64,000 bases of DNA from NCBI RefSeq assembly GCF_004010195.1, contig NC_057719.1:59348164-59412163 (forward strand). The letters run 5' to 3'. The first letter of the stretch is position 1. Each line of letters starts with the position of its first letter. The notes under the pieces were generated by a model. That model was given only the letters and a program-made list of their open reading frames with translations, did not search any database and was not told the origin of the DNA. Below, piece after piece: positions 25,471 to 37,923 of this stretch. This stretch comes from Chiloscyllium plagiosum (taxonomy: Eukaryota). The translations under genes and the position numbers were made by a program.

Positions 25471-27559
25471 ATGCATAAAATAATTTAAAATAATAGTAGC
25501 AGGGAGATAAGAAAGGAACTGACAGCAAGAACAATAATTGCACAAAGGATAAAAGAGAAAACAGGAAAGTTACATGCAATTTAGAACAAGCAGTAGGGAG
25601 ATAAAAATATCAAGGTCTGCAGAGCAGAAATTTGAGTTAGAAATGCACAAACAGCTGTGATTAAAATTGATGAAATACACGCAAAGATTTCATTGGTAAA
25701 CAATATGCAAGTACTGACAGACAGATTATTTAACACAAATATTAATCACAAGAATGATCAAGGCGATAATTCAAAAGTTCAATTTTGCTTGAAATTAAAG
25801 AATAAAAGTGATGGAAAGAAGATAGTGGAAGAGTTGCATATTTTTAAAAAAGAATACTTCAAACATGAATAATTTTAGTTATTCAGTGATAGGGAAAACT
25901 AATGATTAGTAAAGATATAGTCAGTTTAGTACAGATGAGACTGTACAATGTACCTGAGATGGTTTTCCATCTGTGCTTATTTTTTTTGTCCAAAACATGC
26001 CTAATCCAGTTCTCAGAAATTAAGGGTGGGCAAGTAGGCAAAGCAAAATGAAGAAAACATTTAATAAGTCGAACTATAATGTAACTGAAAAGTGACTGAA
26101 ATAAACAGAAACGGAGATAAACTGGAGAGCAAATTTGATGGATATGGACAAATCATCAAGCAAGAGATGATTTATATACAAGCTCCACAAGGAATGATGG
26201 GTTGCAAAAGCTGGAGTCCGTTGAAAGAGGAAAGAAAATCAAATTAGAGTCAGGGTTAAAGCTAATCAAGAAAGCCAATTGTAGCATACCAATATAGAGA
26301 AGTAAAAATGGAAATCAGAAGAGTAATGGGCATTTTTTGTGGGAAGGTCTATAGGTAGTAAAACAGCAATTTTATAAAAACAGAATATAAAAACAAAGGT
26401 AAGGGATAATTAAATAAAAACCTATTCGGAGACAGATACTAAATCAAAACTTTTCAAGAGTTTTCAACAGGGATGTGGTTAAATAAATTTCCAGGATACA
26501 AACTTTACAAGACAATATTAGCCCAATGGTACTGCACTATAGGATATGTTCAAAATAATTCTCATTCATGTTAGCAAATTTTAAAAAGTCTTCATCAGTT
26601 ACATTCCAATGTTTACTAAATAATAATTGTTTTAAAGAAATATCTTGGAGCTGTTTTGAGGTATTTCAGCAAAAACATGTTTGTTAGTAATTGAAACCTC
26701 TACTTCTCCAAGGACTTCAAATGGAAATACTATATTAAACAAATGTAGCCCTCTGGGGAATATTCTGTCAAAATTTGTTTTAGCCCAGTGGTGTTTTCTT
26801 TGCAACACCTGCCCTTATCCTCGCCACTAACCAAAGACTTAAACTACTACTAGGTGAATCAGGGATTTGTGTGCACTTCTTTCATTTCAGTACAGTTGGC
26901 CGCAAGTAAAGTCAGGGTTGCGTTCTCAAAAATTGTGATTTTAACATAAGCATTAAATCACAACTGAAGTTCCACTGGACCACCTTTTGCTGAGAAAAAA
27001 AATTTAAACATTATACCTATATTCTCTAAAATGAAGTGCAGTATCATTTTAAATTGTTGAAATTGTCCAACGTTGCTAAATAAAAAACTTAAAAAGAACC
27101 AAATTAGCACCGTTTGATTGACCAGGCTCATCTAGCAGCAGTTGGTCAGTACAGGGGGACTCCAAGCACTAACTAACTTCTGTAATAAATGGAACCAGGA
27201 CTGCAGTTTAAATTCAGGAGGGAAGCAAGGACCCAGGATCAGAACGAGCAGTGGAGACCTGTCCTTCAACTGAGATACAGAACCTGCTTAACTTTAAATT
27301 AAGACATCAGTCAAAAATCCCAGATAACACAAAGTATGTAGATTTCACATATACCCACAGAAAAGCCCAAGTACCTGTTGAGAGAGCTTGTGGCGAAGAA
27401 CAGAAGGCATTTCCCACACATCATCTACTACAGCCTTGGCATAAACAAACCTACAGGCGAGCAATAACAGACATCTCACCTGACACACAACACTTTCTCC
27501 ATCACTCCCTCCCCCACTAGCCCAATGACAACAGACAGACAAACACATACACACAGAGG

Positions 27560-28115
27560 CAATCCAGTGAAACTGGGCATCTCATCAATCCCCACAATAA
27601 AAGTCCAGTGACATTAGGCACCACAGACCCTCTTCTTCAACTCCAAACCCCACACCCACCTTGAACCCAATGACCAGGTACGTCATACCATCCTGTCCAC
27701 CCATTCCACACTGTAGAAAATCTAGTCTAATCTAATCATAAACCCAGTGTCGTTGGCACCTCACACCCTATTACTACCAAAACCATTAGATGGTCTTTCA
27801 GGACATTGTAAGTTGCTCATTGTCAGTCTCTATTCACACCTGTCCCAACCAACCTCCGACTCCCCAAAGCCAGGGTCACTTGAATCGGGGGTGAGTGGGT
27901 TCAGAGTACCCAGTGTCTCTGGCCTAGGAGTGATGAGAAGATGTGAAGTGCTCAGTGATACCGGGCATCTCATACCCCCACCGTAAGCCCAGTGACAGAG
28001 GAAACCTCAAACCGTCCCTTGTACTTCGATCCCAGTGACACCTTGCACTCAGGAGTTCAGTGTTACCGGGCACCTCACACCCAACAGCCCAGTGAAACTG
28101 GGGCAGATCACGTAC
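27560..28115 (+). repeat. Degenerate interspersed tandem repeat, unit about CCCAGTGACACTGGGCACCTCACACCC
   Basis: At least eight recognisable copies (~27563, 27604, 27743, 27952, 27988, 28031, 28058, 28088) with variable spacers. Confidence 0.7.
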
Positions 28116-28220
28116 AGAACCAAACCGCGAGCGGTTCCGGAATGTATCTCCAGGAGCAACCTGAACCCACACCGCCATTGTCTGCGTTCAGGGCAGGTTA
28201 CAGCGACAGCAGCAACTCAC

Positions 28221-28330
28221 CGCAGGGAGGCCTGTCACAACCTCCGGCCTCAGGTGCTGCACTTACCGGCTCCGCACGCACAGCTGACGCGGTCAATATG
28301 GCAGATTCTGCCACGTAGCGGCAACAGGCG
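28221..28330 (-). other. SEC23A: Putative non-coding exon 1 of SEC23A (TSS approximate), with two candidate donors at 28267 and 28221
   Basis: CpG-rich segment just downstream of a GC-box cluster. Consensus donors CCG|GTAAGT (plus strand acttac 28261-28266) and GCG|GTGAGT (plus strand actcac 28215-28220). The first coding exon has a 5'UTR acceptor, so an upstream exon is required. Confidence 0.75.
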
Positions 28331-28512
28331 ACTCCCACCCAGGGGGAGGCGTGGCCTGAGGATGGGGCGCGGAGGGGCGGTTTAAGGGGCGTGGTCCAGC
28401 GCCGTGGGTGGAGCCAAAGGGCATCGGGTGGGGAGGACGCTCGAGATGGAGGGTGAGGGGCGGGGCCTCATTACGTGGGCGGAGTCTGTAAGTCATGCGG
28501 GGGCGGGGGCGG
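28295..28512 (-). promoter_or_regulatory. SEC23A CpG-island core promoter with several Sp/KLF GC boxes and two ACGT-core (UPRE/CRE-like) sites
   Basis: GGGCGG/GGGGCGTGG motifs near 28374, 28386, 28457, 28477 and 28499-28512. TGCCACGTAG at 28309-28318 and TTACGTGG at 28471-28478. Strong local CpG enrichment in an otherwise CpG-depleted window. Confidence 0.8.
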
Positions 28513-28534
28513 TTATGAAGAAGTGAATGGCTCA

Positions 28535-31500
28535 TGCCACCTATATTCATCTTCACTCAGAACCAGTATGTCACAGTATTGAGTGCACGTGCCCCAATGC
28601 TCAATGCAGGAGGTGAGGATATGGGGAAATTGTACTCCAGCCTTGACCAATCCCTCTCACGGGTACTAGCAGGAGACAAATTAATTGCTCTTGGCGACTC
28701 CAACTCCAGAGTTCACAAAAGGAGCGATGTCATCGGGAAAGAGGGGAGGATGGCAAAACTCAACGGCACCTTCTGACCAAATGCCACAATCACGCCCACC
28801 TCTACACCATAGAGATGTATAGAACGGAAACAGAGCCTTCGGTCCAATTCGGCCCTGCCGACCAGAAATTCCAACCCAATCTAGTCCCATCTCCCAGGAC
28901 CTGGCCCATATCCCTCTAATCCCTTCCTATTCATATACCCATCCAGATGCTTTTTAAATGTTGCAATTGTACTAGCCTCCACCACTTCCTATGGCAGCTC
29001 ATTCCATACACTATCACCCTCTGCGTGAAAAACATTGCCCCTTAGGTCTCTTTTATACTTTACCCCTCTCACCCTAAACCTATGCCCTCTAGTTCTGGAC
29101 TCCCCCACCCCAGGGAAAAGACTTTGCCTATTTATCCTATCCATGCCCCTCATAATTTTGTAAACCTCTAGAAGGTCACCCCTCAACATCCAACGCTCCA
29201 GGGAAAACAGCCCCAGCCTGTTCAGCCCTTCCCCATAGCTCAAATCCTCCAAACCTAGCAATATCCTTGTAAACCTTTTCTGAACCCTTTCAAGTTTCAC
29301 AATGTCTTTCCGATAGGAAGACCAGAATTGCACGCAATATTCCAACAGTGGTCTAACCAATGTCCTGTACAGCCGCAACATGACCTCCCAACTCCTGTAC
29401 TCAATACTCTGACCGATAAAGGAAAGCATACCAAACGTCTTCTTCACTTTCCTATCTACCTGCGACTCCACTTTCAAGAAGCTATGAACTTGCAGTCCAA
29501 GGTCTCTTGGTTCAGCAACACTCTCTGGGACCTTACCATTAAGTGTATAAGTCCTGCTAAGATTTGCTTTCCCAAAATGCAGCACCCCGCATTTATCTGA
29601 ATTAAACTCAATCTGCTACTTCTCGGCCATTGGCCCATCTGATCAAGATCCTGTAGAAATCAGAAATAACCTTCTTCACTGTCCACTACACCTCCAATTT
29701 TGGTGCCATCTGCAAACTTACTAGTTATATCTCTTATACTCATATCCAAATCATTTATATAAATGACAAAAACCCAGCACCGATCCTTGTGGCACTCCAC
29801 TGGTCACATGCCTCCAGTCTGAAAAACAATCCTCCACCACCACCCTCTGTCTTCTACCTTTGAGCCAGTTCTGTAGCCAAATGGCTAGTTCTTTCTGTAT
29901 TCCGTGAGATCTAACCTTGCTAGCCTGTCTCCCATGGGGAACCTTGTCGAATGCCTTACTAAAGTCCATATAGATCACATCTACCGGTCTACCCTCACCA
30001 ATCCTCTTTGTTACTTCTTCAAAAATCTCAATCAAGTTTGTGAGACATGATTTCCCACGCACAAAGCCATGTTGACTATCCCTAGTCAGTCCTTGCCTTT
30101 CAAAATTCATGTACATCTTGTCCCTCAGGAGTCCCTCCAACAACTTGCCCACTACCGACATCAGGCTCACTGATCTATAGTTCATGATTTTATAAACCTC
30201 GATAAGGTCACCCCTCAGCCTCCGACGGTCCAGGGAAAATAGCCCTAGCCTATTCAACCTCTCCCTATAAGCTCAAATCCTCCAACTCTAGCAACATCCT
30301 TGTAAATCTTTTCTGAATCCTTTCAAGTTTCACAACATCATTTTGATAGGATGGAAACCAGAATTGCGCGCAATATTCCAACCAATGTCCTGTACAGCTG
30401 CAACACGGGCTGAGAAGTGGCAGCTGGAGTTTAATTTAGACAAATGTGGGGTGCTGCATTTTGGGAAAGCAATTCTTAGCAGGACTTATACACTTAATGG
30501 TAAGGTCCTAGAGAGTGTTGCTGAACAAAGAGAACTTGGAGTACAGGTTCACAGCTCCTTGAAAGTGGAGTCGCAGGTAGATACGATAGTGGAGAAGGCA
30601 TTTGGTATGCTTTCCTTTATTGGTCAGAGTATTGAGTACAGGAGGTGGGAGATCACCAACACATTGTTCTGACAAAGGGGCAAATACAAGACAATGTGGC
30701 GGCACCCATGCTCCAAACACATACTTTGTTGACCACGTCATCATCAGAGCAAGGGATTGGAAAGATGTTAAACTTACCCGCCCAATGAGAGGAGGCACGA
30801 ATACTGGACAGACCATCCTCCGATCCAATATCAGGATCAATGTAAATAAAGCCCCATCACAACAGAGACAATAAAAACAAAGTTGCAAGAAATTTAACAT
30901 CGAGGCATTCAAAGACAGAGCAAAAATAACCTCATACAACCAACTCCTCTCCACAAACCTAATGACTCTCGGTGACACCAAGTCACAGGATCCTAACAGT
31001 CTCTGGTCTGCCCTCAAGACCACCATTGTCAATGCTTGCAAAAACTCAGTCACTCAAACATGAAGCACCAAGACTCGTTCGATGAGAACTGATAAGCTGG
31101 AGGCACATGGTATTTCTGAATGTATAACAACAACTGCACTGAGAAGAGAAAAGGCTTACAGGCAACTAAAGGCAGACGTCCAACAAACTTGTGACATAAA
31201 GAACAACTGGTGGGTGGAGAAAGAACTGGAAGACAACAAATGGCCGGTAAACATTATGTGCAAAGTTTCCTTCGTGGTCCAGACACCCACGGCCCTAACC
31301 CATTGCTGACCAATGACGGAGTAGCTCTTATCGAAGACAAAAAACACCGTCAAACAGTGCTGGACGGAGCAATTCAGAGACTTCCTCAGCTATGGCTCTG
31401 TCTGGATCTGGGCATGCTTGAATGCATCCCACAGCACAATATACACCATGAGCTCAATGACACCCCAGGCCTGCACAAAGTAGAGAAGGTCGTACATCAG

Positions 31501-33175
31501 CTTAAGAAAAGTAAGGCTGCTGGAGCAGATGGTATCTCCACTGAGGCATTGAACTGTGGAGGCAAAGATCTCCTGCTGCAGCTTCAAAGCCAAGCCTGCC
31601 TTATCGGAAGGACAGCATCACAGGAAAACTCCGAGATGTCAGTCATGAGCATTTTCAAAAAAGGGAACGAGTCTGACTGTGGTAACCACACGGAAATCTC
31701 CCTGCTGCTGACCATTGGAAAAGTCATCACTAACATCCTCCTCAACCATCTCTTCCCTGTGGCTGAGGAACTCCACCTCAAATTGCAGTATGGCTTTCAG
31801 CCATGAAGGGGCACAACAAACATGATTTTCACTGTGCAACAGCTGCAGGAGAAATGCAGATAAAATAACCTACTTTTGTACAGGGCCTTCTTTGGCCTTA
31901 CAAAGGTCTTGGACACAGTCAACCACGAAGCATAATGGAGCATCCTTCTCACTTTGTTCTGTCACCATCCTTCCACTGTTCGAAAACAACATGCAAATCA
32001 GAGTGATGACAAATGACTCAACCACCCGGCCATTCCCCATTTGGACCGGTGTCAAAGCAGGGCAGCATTTTAGACTTAACATGGTTCTCAATCTATCTCA
32101 CTGCAGTGCCAATGAGCTCCCTGCTGGAGTGGAGCTGACTTATACAACCAGTGGGAAATTATTAAACCTCCACTGCCTTCAGGCCAAAACCACCCAACCA
32201 GTATCATTAAGCTGCAGTACACAGATATTGTTTGCGAATATGCAATCTCAGAGGACAAAGTCCAGAGCACCATTAGCACCTTGAAAGAGGCAGATGAGAG
32301 CATGGGGCTCACCCAGAATATCCACAAGACAAAGGACCCCTCCACCAAGCTAGGCTGGCATTGTAGAACAAACCCCCAATAATCAAGGTCCATGGAGAGG
32401 CCTTCGAGAAAGTTGACCACTTCCAATACTTCAGGAGTGCCCTATCAGCCAAAGCAAGTATTGATGAGATCCAGAATCACATCCAGTGTGCTAGCGCAGC
32501 CTTTAGCTTCCTGAGGGAAAGGTGTTCAAGAACATTAGATCCGATATCCTGATCATGGTTGACAGAGGTGTAGTGGTTCCTGCCCTCCTATATGGCTAGA
32601 TGTGCACTGTCTACAGCAGACACCTCAAGGCAATGGAGCAGTATCAACAGTGCCTGTGTAAGACCCTGCATATCCACTGGGATGAAAGATGTAAGAACGA
32701 GACTCCTCAAACAGGCCAACATTCATTGCATTGAGGCACTGACTATCCTTGATCAGCTGCAATGGGCCAGATATGTCAATGGCATGACCAACACAAGACT
32801 CCCCAAGCACGTGTTCTACTGCCAGCTCTGAAATGGCAGGCAAGCCCCAGATGGACAGAGGAAGTGCTTCAGTGATGTCCTCAAGGCCTCAGTGGCAAAA
32901 TGTGGCATTCCCACAGACACCTGGGAATCACTTGTCCAAGACATCCAAAGTAGAGGAAGAACATTTGGGATCTCAAGACTTGCAGTCGGAAAAAAGTGGA
33001 AGCTAGGTTGAAATGGTGCAGAGTGTGCTGCCACACCAATGCCCCACCCAACCCCTTCCATCTGCCCCAAATATAACAGAGCCTGCAGAAGTTGCATCAG
33101 TTTATACAGTCATCTACAGCTCTACCAGAGAGTGGAAGAGAGTCATCCTCATCTGTGAGGGACCATTAATGAGTG
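28535..33175 (+). mobile_element. RTE-clade LINE (EN + RT, decayed, 5'-truncated), interrupted by a CR1 insertion
   Basis: ORF 28534..28776 (VTVLSARAPML..DKLIALGDSNSRV) is an AP-endonuclease fragment and resumes as ITNTLF at 30652. ORF 31210..31806 has KAAGADGI..IFKKGNESDCGNH..ISLL..GKV..QYGF. Later QLQWARYV..M..TRLPK.VFY.QL and a C-terminal Cys knuckle. Confidence 0.88.
28808..30651 (-). mobile_element. CR1 (HER1-like) LINE insertion: a 1.37 kb 3' fragment, then a second partial copy with a 5' inversion
   Basis: ORFs 28989..29585 and 29751..30257 give CR1 RT (SQHGF..GKSCLTNL..VDVIYMDFSKAFDKVPH..GVPQGSVLG; LVRPLLEYCVQFW). 30183-30405 repeats 29150-29380. 30407-30654 is in plus orientation. 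Confidence 0.93.
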
Positions 33176-33299
33176 AACAAATGGTGGGGCTGAGAATGGG
33201 AAGATTGGGGCGGGGAGGGGGGGGGGGGAAGAGAACAGGCTCCTGGAAAGCACCTCACTGAATACTGGATATAAAGCTGGCACGCAGGCAAGTTTCCCA

Positions 33300-35170
33300 T
33301 TGTCCTAGGCGACGTTTCCCGCTAGTTAGTGAACCTGGTTTCCTCCTCTAGCACTTCATCCCTTTAGGCACAAGAGCTACATCTATCTCCTTTTGAAAAC
33401 AATGTTCTGACCGAAACAAGTTTCAGTGGAAGTCAATTCCACAAACTCACCATTGTCTGGATTTTAAAAAAATCATCTCAGTATTTATGGTTCAAATATG
33501 ACCCTGGTTCTAGACTCCCCCACCATCAGGAATATTCTTCCTGCATCTAACCGGTCTAGTCCGGTTAGAACTTTATATATTTCCATGAAACCCCCCTCAT
33601 TGTTCTCAACTCCAGTGTATATAATTCTAACCATCTCAATCTCTCCTAATATATTAATCCTACCATTCCAGGAATAAATTTGGTAAACCTGCACTGTGCT
33701 CTCTCTGCAGCAAACACATTTATCCTCAGGAGACCAAAACTGCACACAATATTCCAGATGTGGCCTTAATATTCTGTATAAATTGCAGTCACACATCCTC
33801 ATTCCTGTACTCAAAACCTCTATGAAATGCTACTGCATACTTACTTTCAGCAACTGGCGGAGGAGGATGCTGAGGTCTCATCAAACATTTTCCTCTCTCA
33901 ATTTACTGCCATTCAAATAATAATCTACCTTTGTTACTTTGCTCCCAAAGTGGGTAACATCTCATTTATCTGCATAATCCTGCATTTGCCCACTTTCTCA
34001 GCATGTCTAAATCACACTTCAACATCTCTGCATCTTCCTCATTACTCAAAAGGTGAGTTAGGGTAAGCTAACTGCAAATTTTGAGATATTACATTGAATT
34101 CCCGAATCTAAACTATTAACATTGTGAATAGCTGGGGTCCAATTACTGCGCTAGACCACTAGTCACTGCCTACCATTTCAGAAAAAGACCCATTTATTCC
34201 TTTTTTTCCTGTCTGCTAACCAATTTTCTATCCTTCTCAATGCTAGCCCCAATTCCATGCACTTGAATATTACACATTATGTGAGACTTGGTCTAAAATC
34301 TTCTGGAAATCAAAATAAATCATATCCACTGGCTCTCTGATCAATTCTGCTAGTTACACCCTCCAAGAATCCCAGAAAATTTCTCAAGTATGATTTCCTT
34401 TTGTTTCTTTTGGTAGAATCTTTTGGTTTCTGATTCTACCACTGTTTTCTCAGTTTTCTTCCATAATATCCTTGATAATGGACTCTAGCATCTTGCTCAC
34501 TACTAACATCAGACTCACTGGTCTCTCAGTTTTTAGTTTACCCCCCTCTTTAAATAGTGGGGTTACATTAGCTACACTCCAATTGGAGCTACACTCCAAT
34601 CCAGAGTCTAAAGATGACATCAATGCATCCAGTATTTCTAGAGCCACCTTCTGGAGTACTCTGGGATAATGTTTGACACGCCCTGGGGATTTATCAACCT
34701 TCAATCCCATCAATCCCTCAAACACCATTTCTCAACTAAACGAGTTTACTTCAGTTCCTCCATGTCCCTAAGCCTTTTGTTCTCCATCATTTCTGATACG
34801 TTACTCGTATCTTCCCTTGTGATGATAGAAATTAGTTTTATTCATCAGCCGTTTCTCTTTTCTCCCATTATAAATTCCCCTGTTCCTGACCGTAAAGGAT
34901 TTACATGAGTTTTCACCAATTTTTTTCACTTTACATACCTATAGAAACTTTTAGTGAGTTCTTACGGTCCCTGCAAACCTGCTCTCATACTGTACTTTTC
35001 CATTCTTAAATAATACCTTGGTCCTCCTTTGCCAAATTTTGAACTGTTCCCAATCCTCAAATCCTATTGTTTCTTTCTTGCCAATCTATAGGTCTTTTTT
35101 GCATCTGATAGCATCTCTAACTTCCCTTGTAAGCCATGGTTTAGCCACTGTACTCTTCGTACTCGAGCCA
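33300..35170 (-). mobile_element. Decayed CR1 LINE ORF2
   Basis: ORF 33485..33814 (LRPHLEYCVQFWSP) and ORF 34450..34728 (LKVDKSPG..YPRVL..WSVANVTPLFKEG..RPVSL). Confidence 0.85.
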
Positions 35171-37923
35171 GACAGGAATAGCCAAATTTTGTAGTTAAAT
35201 TAAAAAAGTTTCCTATTAGACAATCTCTGATGTTGAATCTGCAGAAAAACATACTTTTCAATTTCTCCTTAATGTGGTATTTAAACTTTGCAATTATTTT
35301 GAATACTTTCAACTTTGGTTAAAATCTGTTTCCACAAGCTTGTCTGCTTACATTCAGGAATTATTTCAATTTATTTTAAATTATTGTAAAACATTCTTGC
35401 ATCTCTTTATTTACCAGTTTTTGTTAATGTTTTATCACTTTACAACTTCATGAAATCCTCCTAAAACTTAAATTTCCATTTACTGGCTGTTTTGTCATAA
35501 TTTACTGATTCTAGTCCAGTCATTTATTTTAGAAAGTATATGTATTTTCAAGTTGTTTATACAACCTTCAAATTGTACACTGTCACAATAAAGCACTGTC
35601 GTAATAAAGCTTTTAAAAGTCAATTACAAAGCTTGTTGTTTCTCATAAATGCTTATTTTGCAGTATGGTATAATCTTCCTAGTTTTAGAAATCAAAATGG
35701 TAGCTCCCATTTATTTTGGCTACTTGGGAAGTTTCCTGCTTTTTTTGAACAAAACAGTTTTTTTCCCATTCTTATTGTGATCGTTTGCACCTGTCACCAC
35801 TTTTCACTTATTTCTTTGTTCAAGAGGAACAAGCCAGAGACTTGAGGGTGAGAGTTCTGATTTACTTACTTGAACACTTCACAAGAAATGTTAGAGGAAT
35901 TAAAACTTACTTGAACTACACACAAACAAAATCCCAACCTCATAGCGTCAAGAATGTTTTAGCTGGAGTATGCTTTGGACGATTGTCTTAATGATTTTTA
36001 AATGTAAAGAATGAAGACCAACATTTTTCATAAAATACTTTAATGCCAACAAACACATACTAAATTTTAGGAAAAGTTCTACCAAAATTCAAATGTTGAA
36101 TCGATACACAGCATTCTGTGGACAAGCCACTGTACTTGATAAAGCTTTAGGTGAAAGGAAAAGTTAGAAAGAAACTCCCAGAGCAGCATTACATGTCCAA
36201 CTGGACTGTGATGATTCAAGAGCATGTAGGACCACAATTGCTGGCTGAGCCAGCAACACACAAAAAGTGAATAAAACACAAATATATTTTGTTTAGAATT
36301 CCAATGTAGAAAGTTACTTGACTGAATTGGTTAGCAAATGAACTGTAATAATCCTCAATATCTCTAGGTTGAGCGAAGATAAGAAAAACCTGTTTTTAGA
36401 AATTCACTGTTCCTGCCCTTTAATGAAATAAAGCCATACGGACAAGAACAAAAAAAGACAAGGCTGCCCAAGTCAAATGATTTTTCCATTGAGCCTAACA
36501 TTGGCAACTTGGTAAAGTCTAGGATAAGTGCACCTTGGAAGCAACCATTGTATGTGAAGGGAGATGAGAAATCTTGACAACTAAATCCAAACAAATCTAA
36601 TGATATAACTATTCAATCCAAATCCAATGCAAGTTAATTTTAACATTATCAACTTGATAATTTTGAAAAATTGTCATCTGTCAATTAACAAAATGAGAAT
36701 TTTAAAACATCACAAGAGAAAGCTAAATATGACAATTATAATTTTATCTTCAAGGGACACTGAAGTACTTGGAAGATAATTTCTTCCAAAAATGAACAGT
36801 GACAAATTTCATTGACTTTCAATTGAGGAGACCCTGACATTTTTTACAATCATATGGCACAATATGCTAGTTAGTATTATCCATTTTCTAAACTTAAGAC
36901 ATGACACTGAAATTTACTTATTTTAGTTTGAATGGATTCTATGAATTAGTACAGCACTTATACAGAAAAGAATGTGCAATGTGTAAAAATGTAGAATAAT
37001 ACGTTGTAAACGTGGTGTTCAAATTCATTGTGAATGAAAAAGGTACTTGCAAATTCTTTTTGGTGACATGGATGTATTCTTATGCCCAGCTATTTCAAAA
37101 GGAGCAGCTCAAAAACCAGAAAACAAAATTGCCACCTTGGTCCTCCTTCAGCCCCAATATTCTTAGACCAGTCTGAACTAAAACTGGCCTCAAGTAGTCC
37201 TCCCCTCCCTACTATTTTCAACTTTAGACAGCTATCCTTTCAGCCTCCAGATCCAACAGCCTTCCTTAAACACAAAGTTCCTTCCTCTTCACCATTTTCT
37301 CCTCTTAAGGCACCGGCTCAAACCTCAAGGATGCAGTTATTGCATTTTCAGTTGTTTATGAAACACTTCTGCAAAGCACATTGAAACAGTGTGTTAAAAA
37401 AGGAACAAAAAAAAAAATTGTTGATCAATTGTGATTTCCTTCCACATTTAAAGTGAAACAGATCAAAAGAAGTTTCTCTCAACTTTCTGCCACAACCTAT
37501 ATCACTGGCTACCAATTGCTCCCACATAGGTAGCACTACCTCCCAACCTAACCAAGAGGAACACAAAATGGCTTTGTGGGCATGATGACAAAAAAATTAC
37601 AAAAAGACTTTTCTCTTGGCTAGGAGAATGCCAAGTAGTTATCACTTTTCCCAATACCTCTCCCGGATGACCAAGTTTTTTTTTGTGTGAGTAAAACCCT
37701 TATCTTCCATGCTTTAAAACGAACAGACATGCTGAAGCATGAAAATTCTATGAAGGGACAAAAAAAATCAGACAACAGGTTTTGTAAGAAGTAAATTCAT
37801 TTATGAAAATCTTCATTGTTTTTGAACAAAGCACTGCATTTACAAATTATACATTGTTTGCTTACTTGCGCAAACAATTTTCTTCAGAAGTAAATTAATG
37901 TAATCCTACTTGTACATGATTAA

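Noticed and set aside
27560..28115. Repeat-plus-variable-spacer pattern superficially like a CRISPR array
   Set aside because: Eukaryotic intron, repeats highly degenerate, spacing irregular, and no cas genes.
27924..28556. Several 80-116 aa ORFs over the GC-rich promoter
   Set aside because: Expected from low stop-codon frequency in GC-rich DNA. No recognisable protein similarity or splice pattern.
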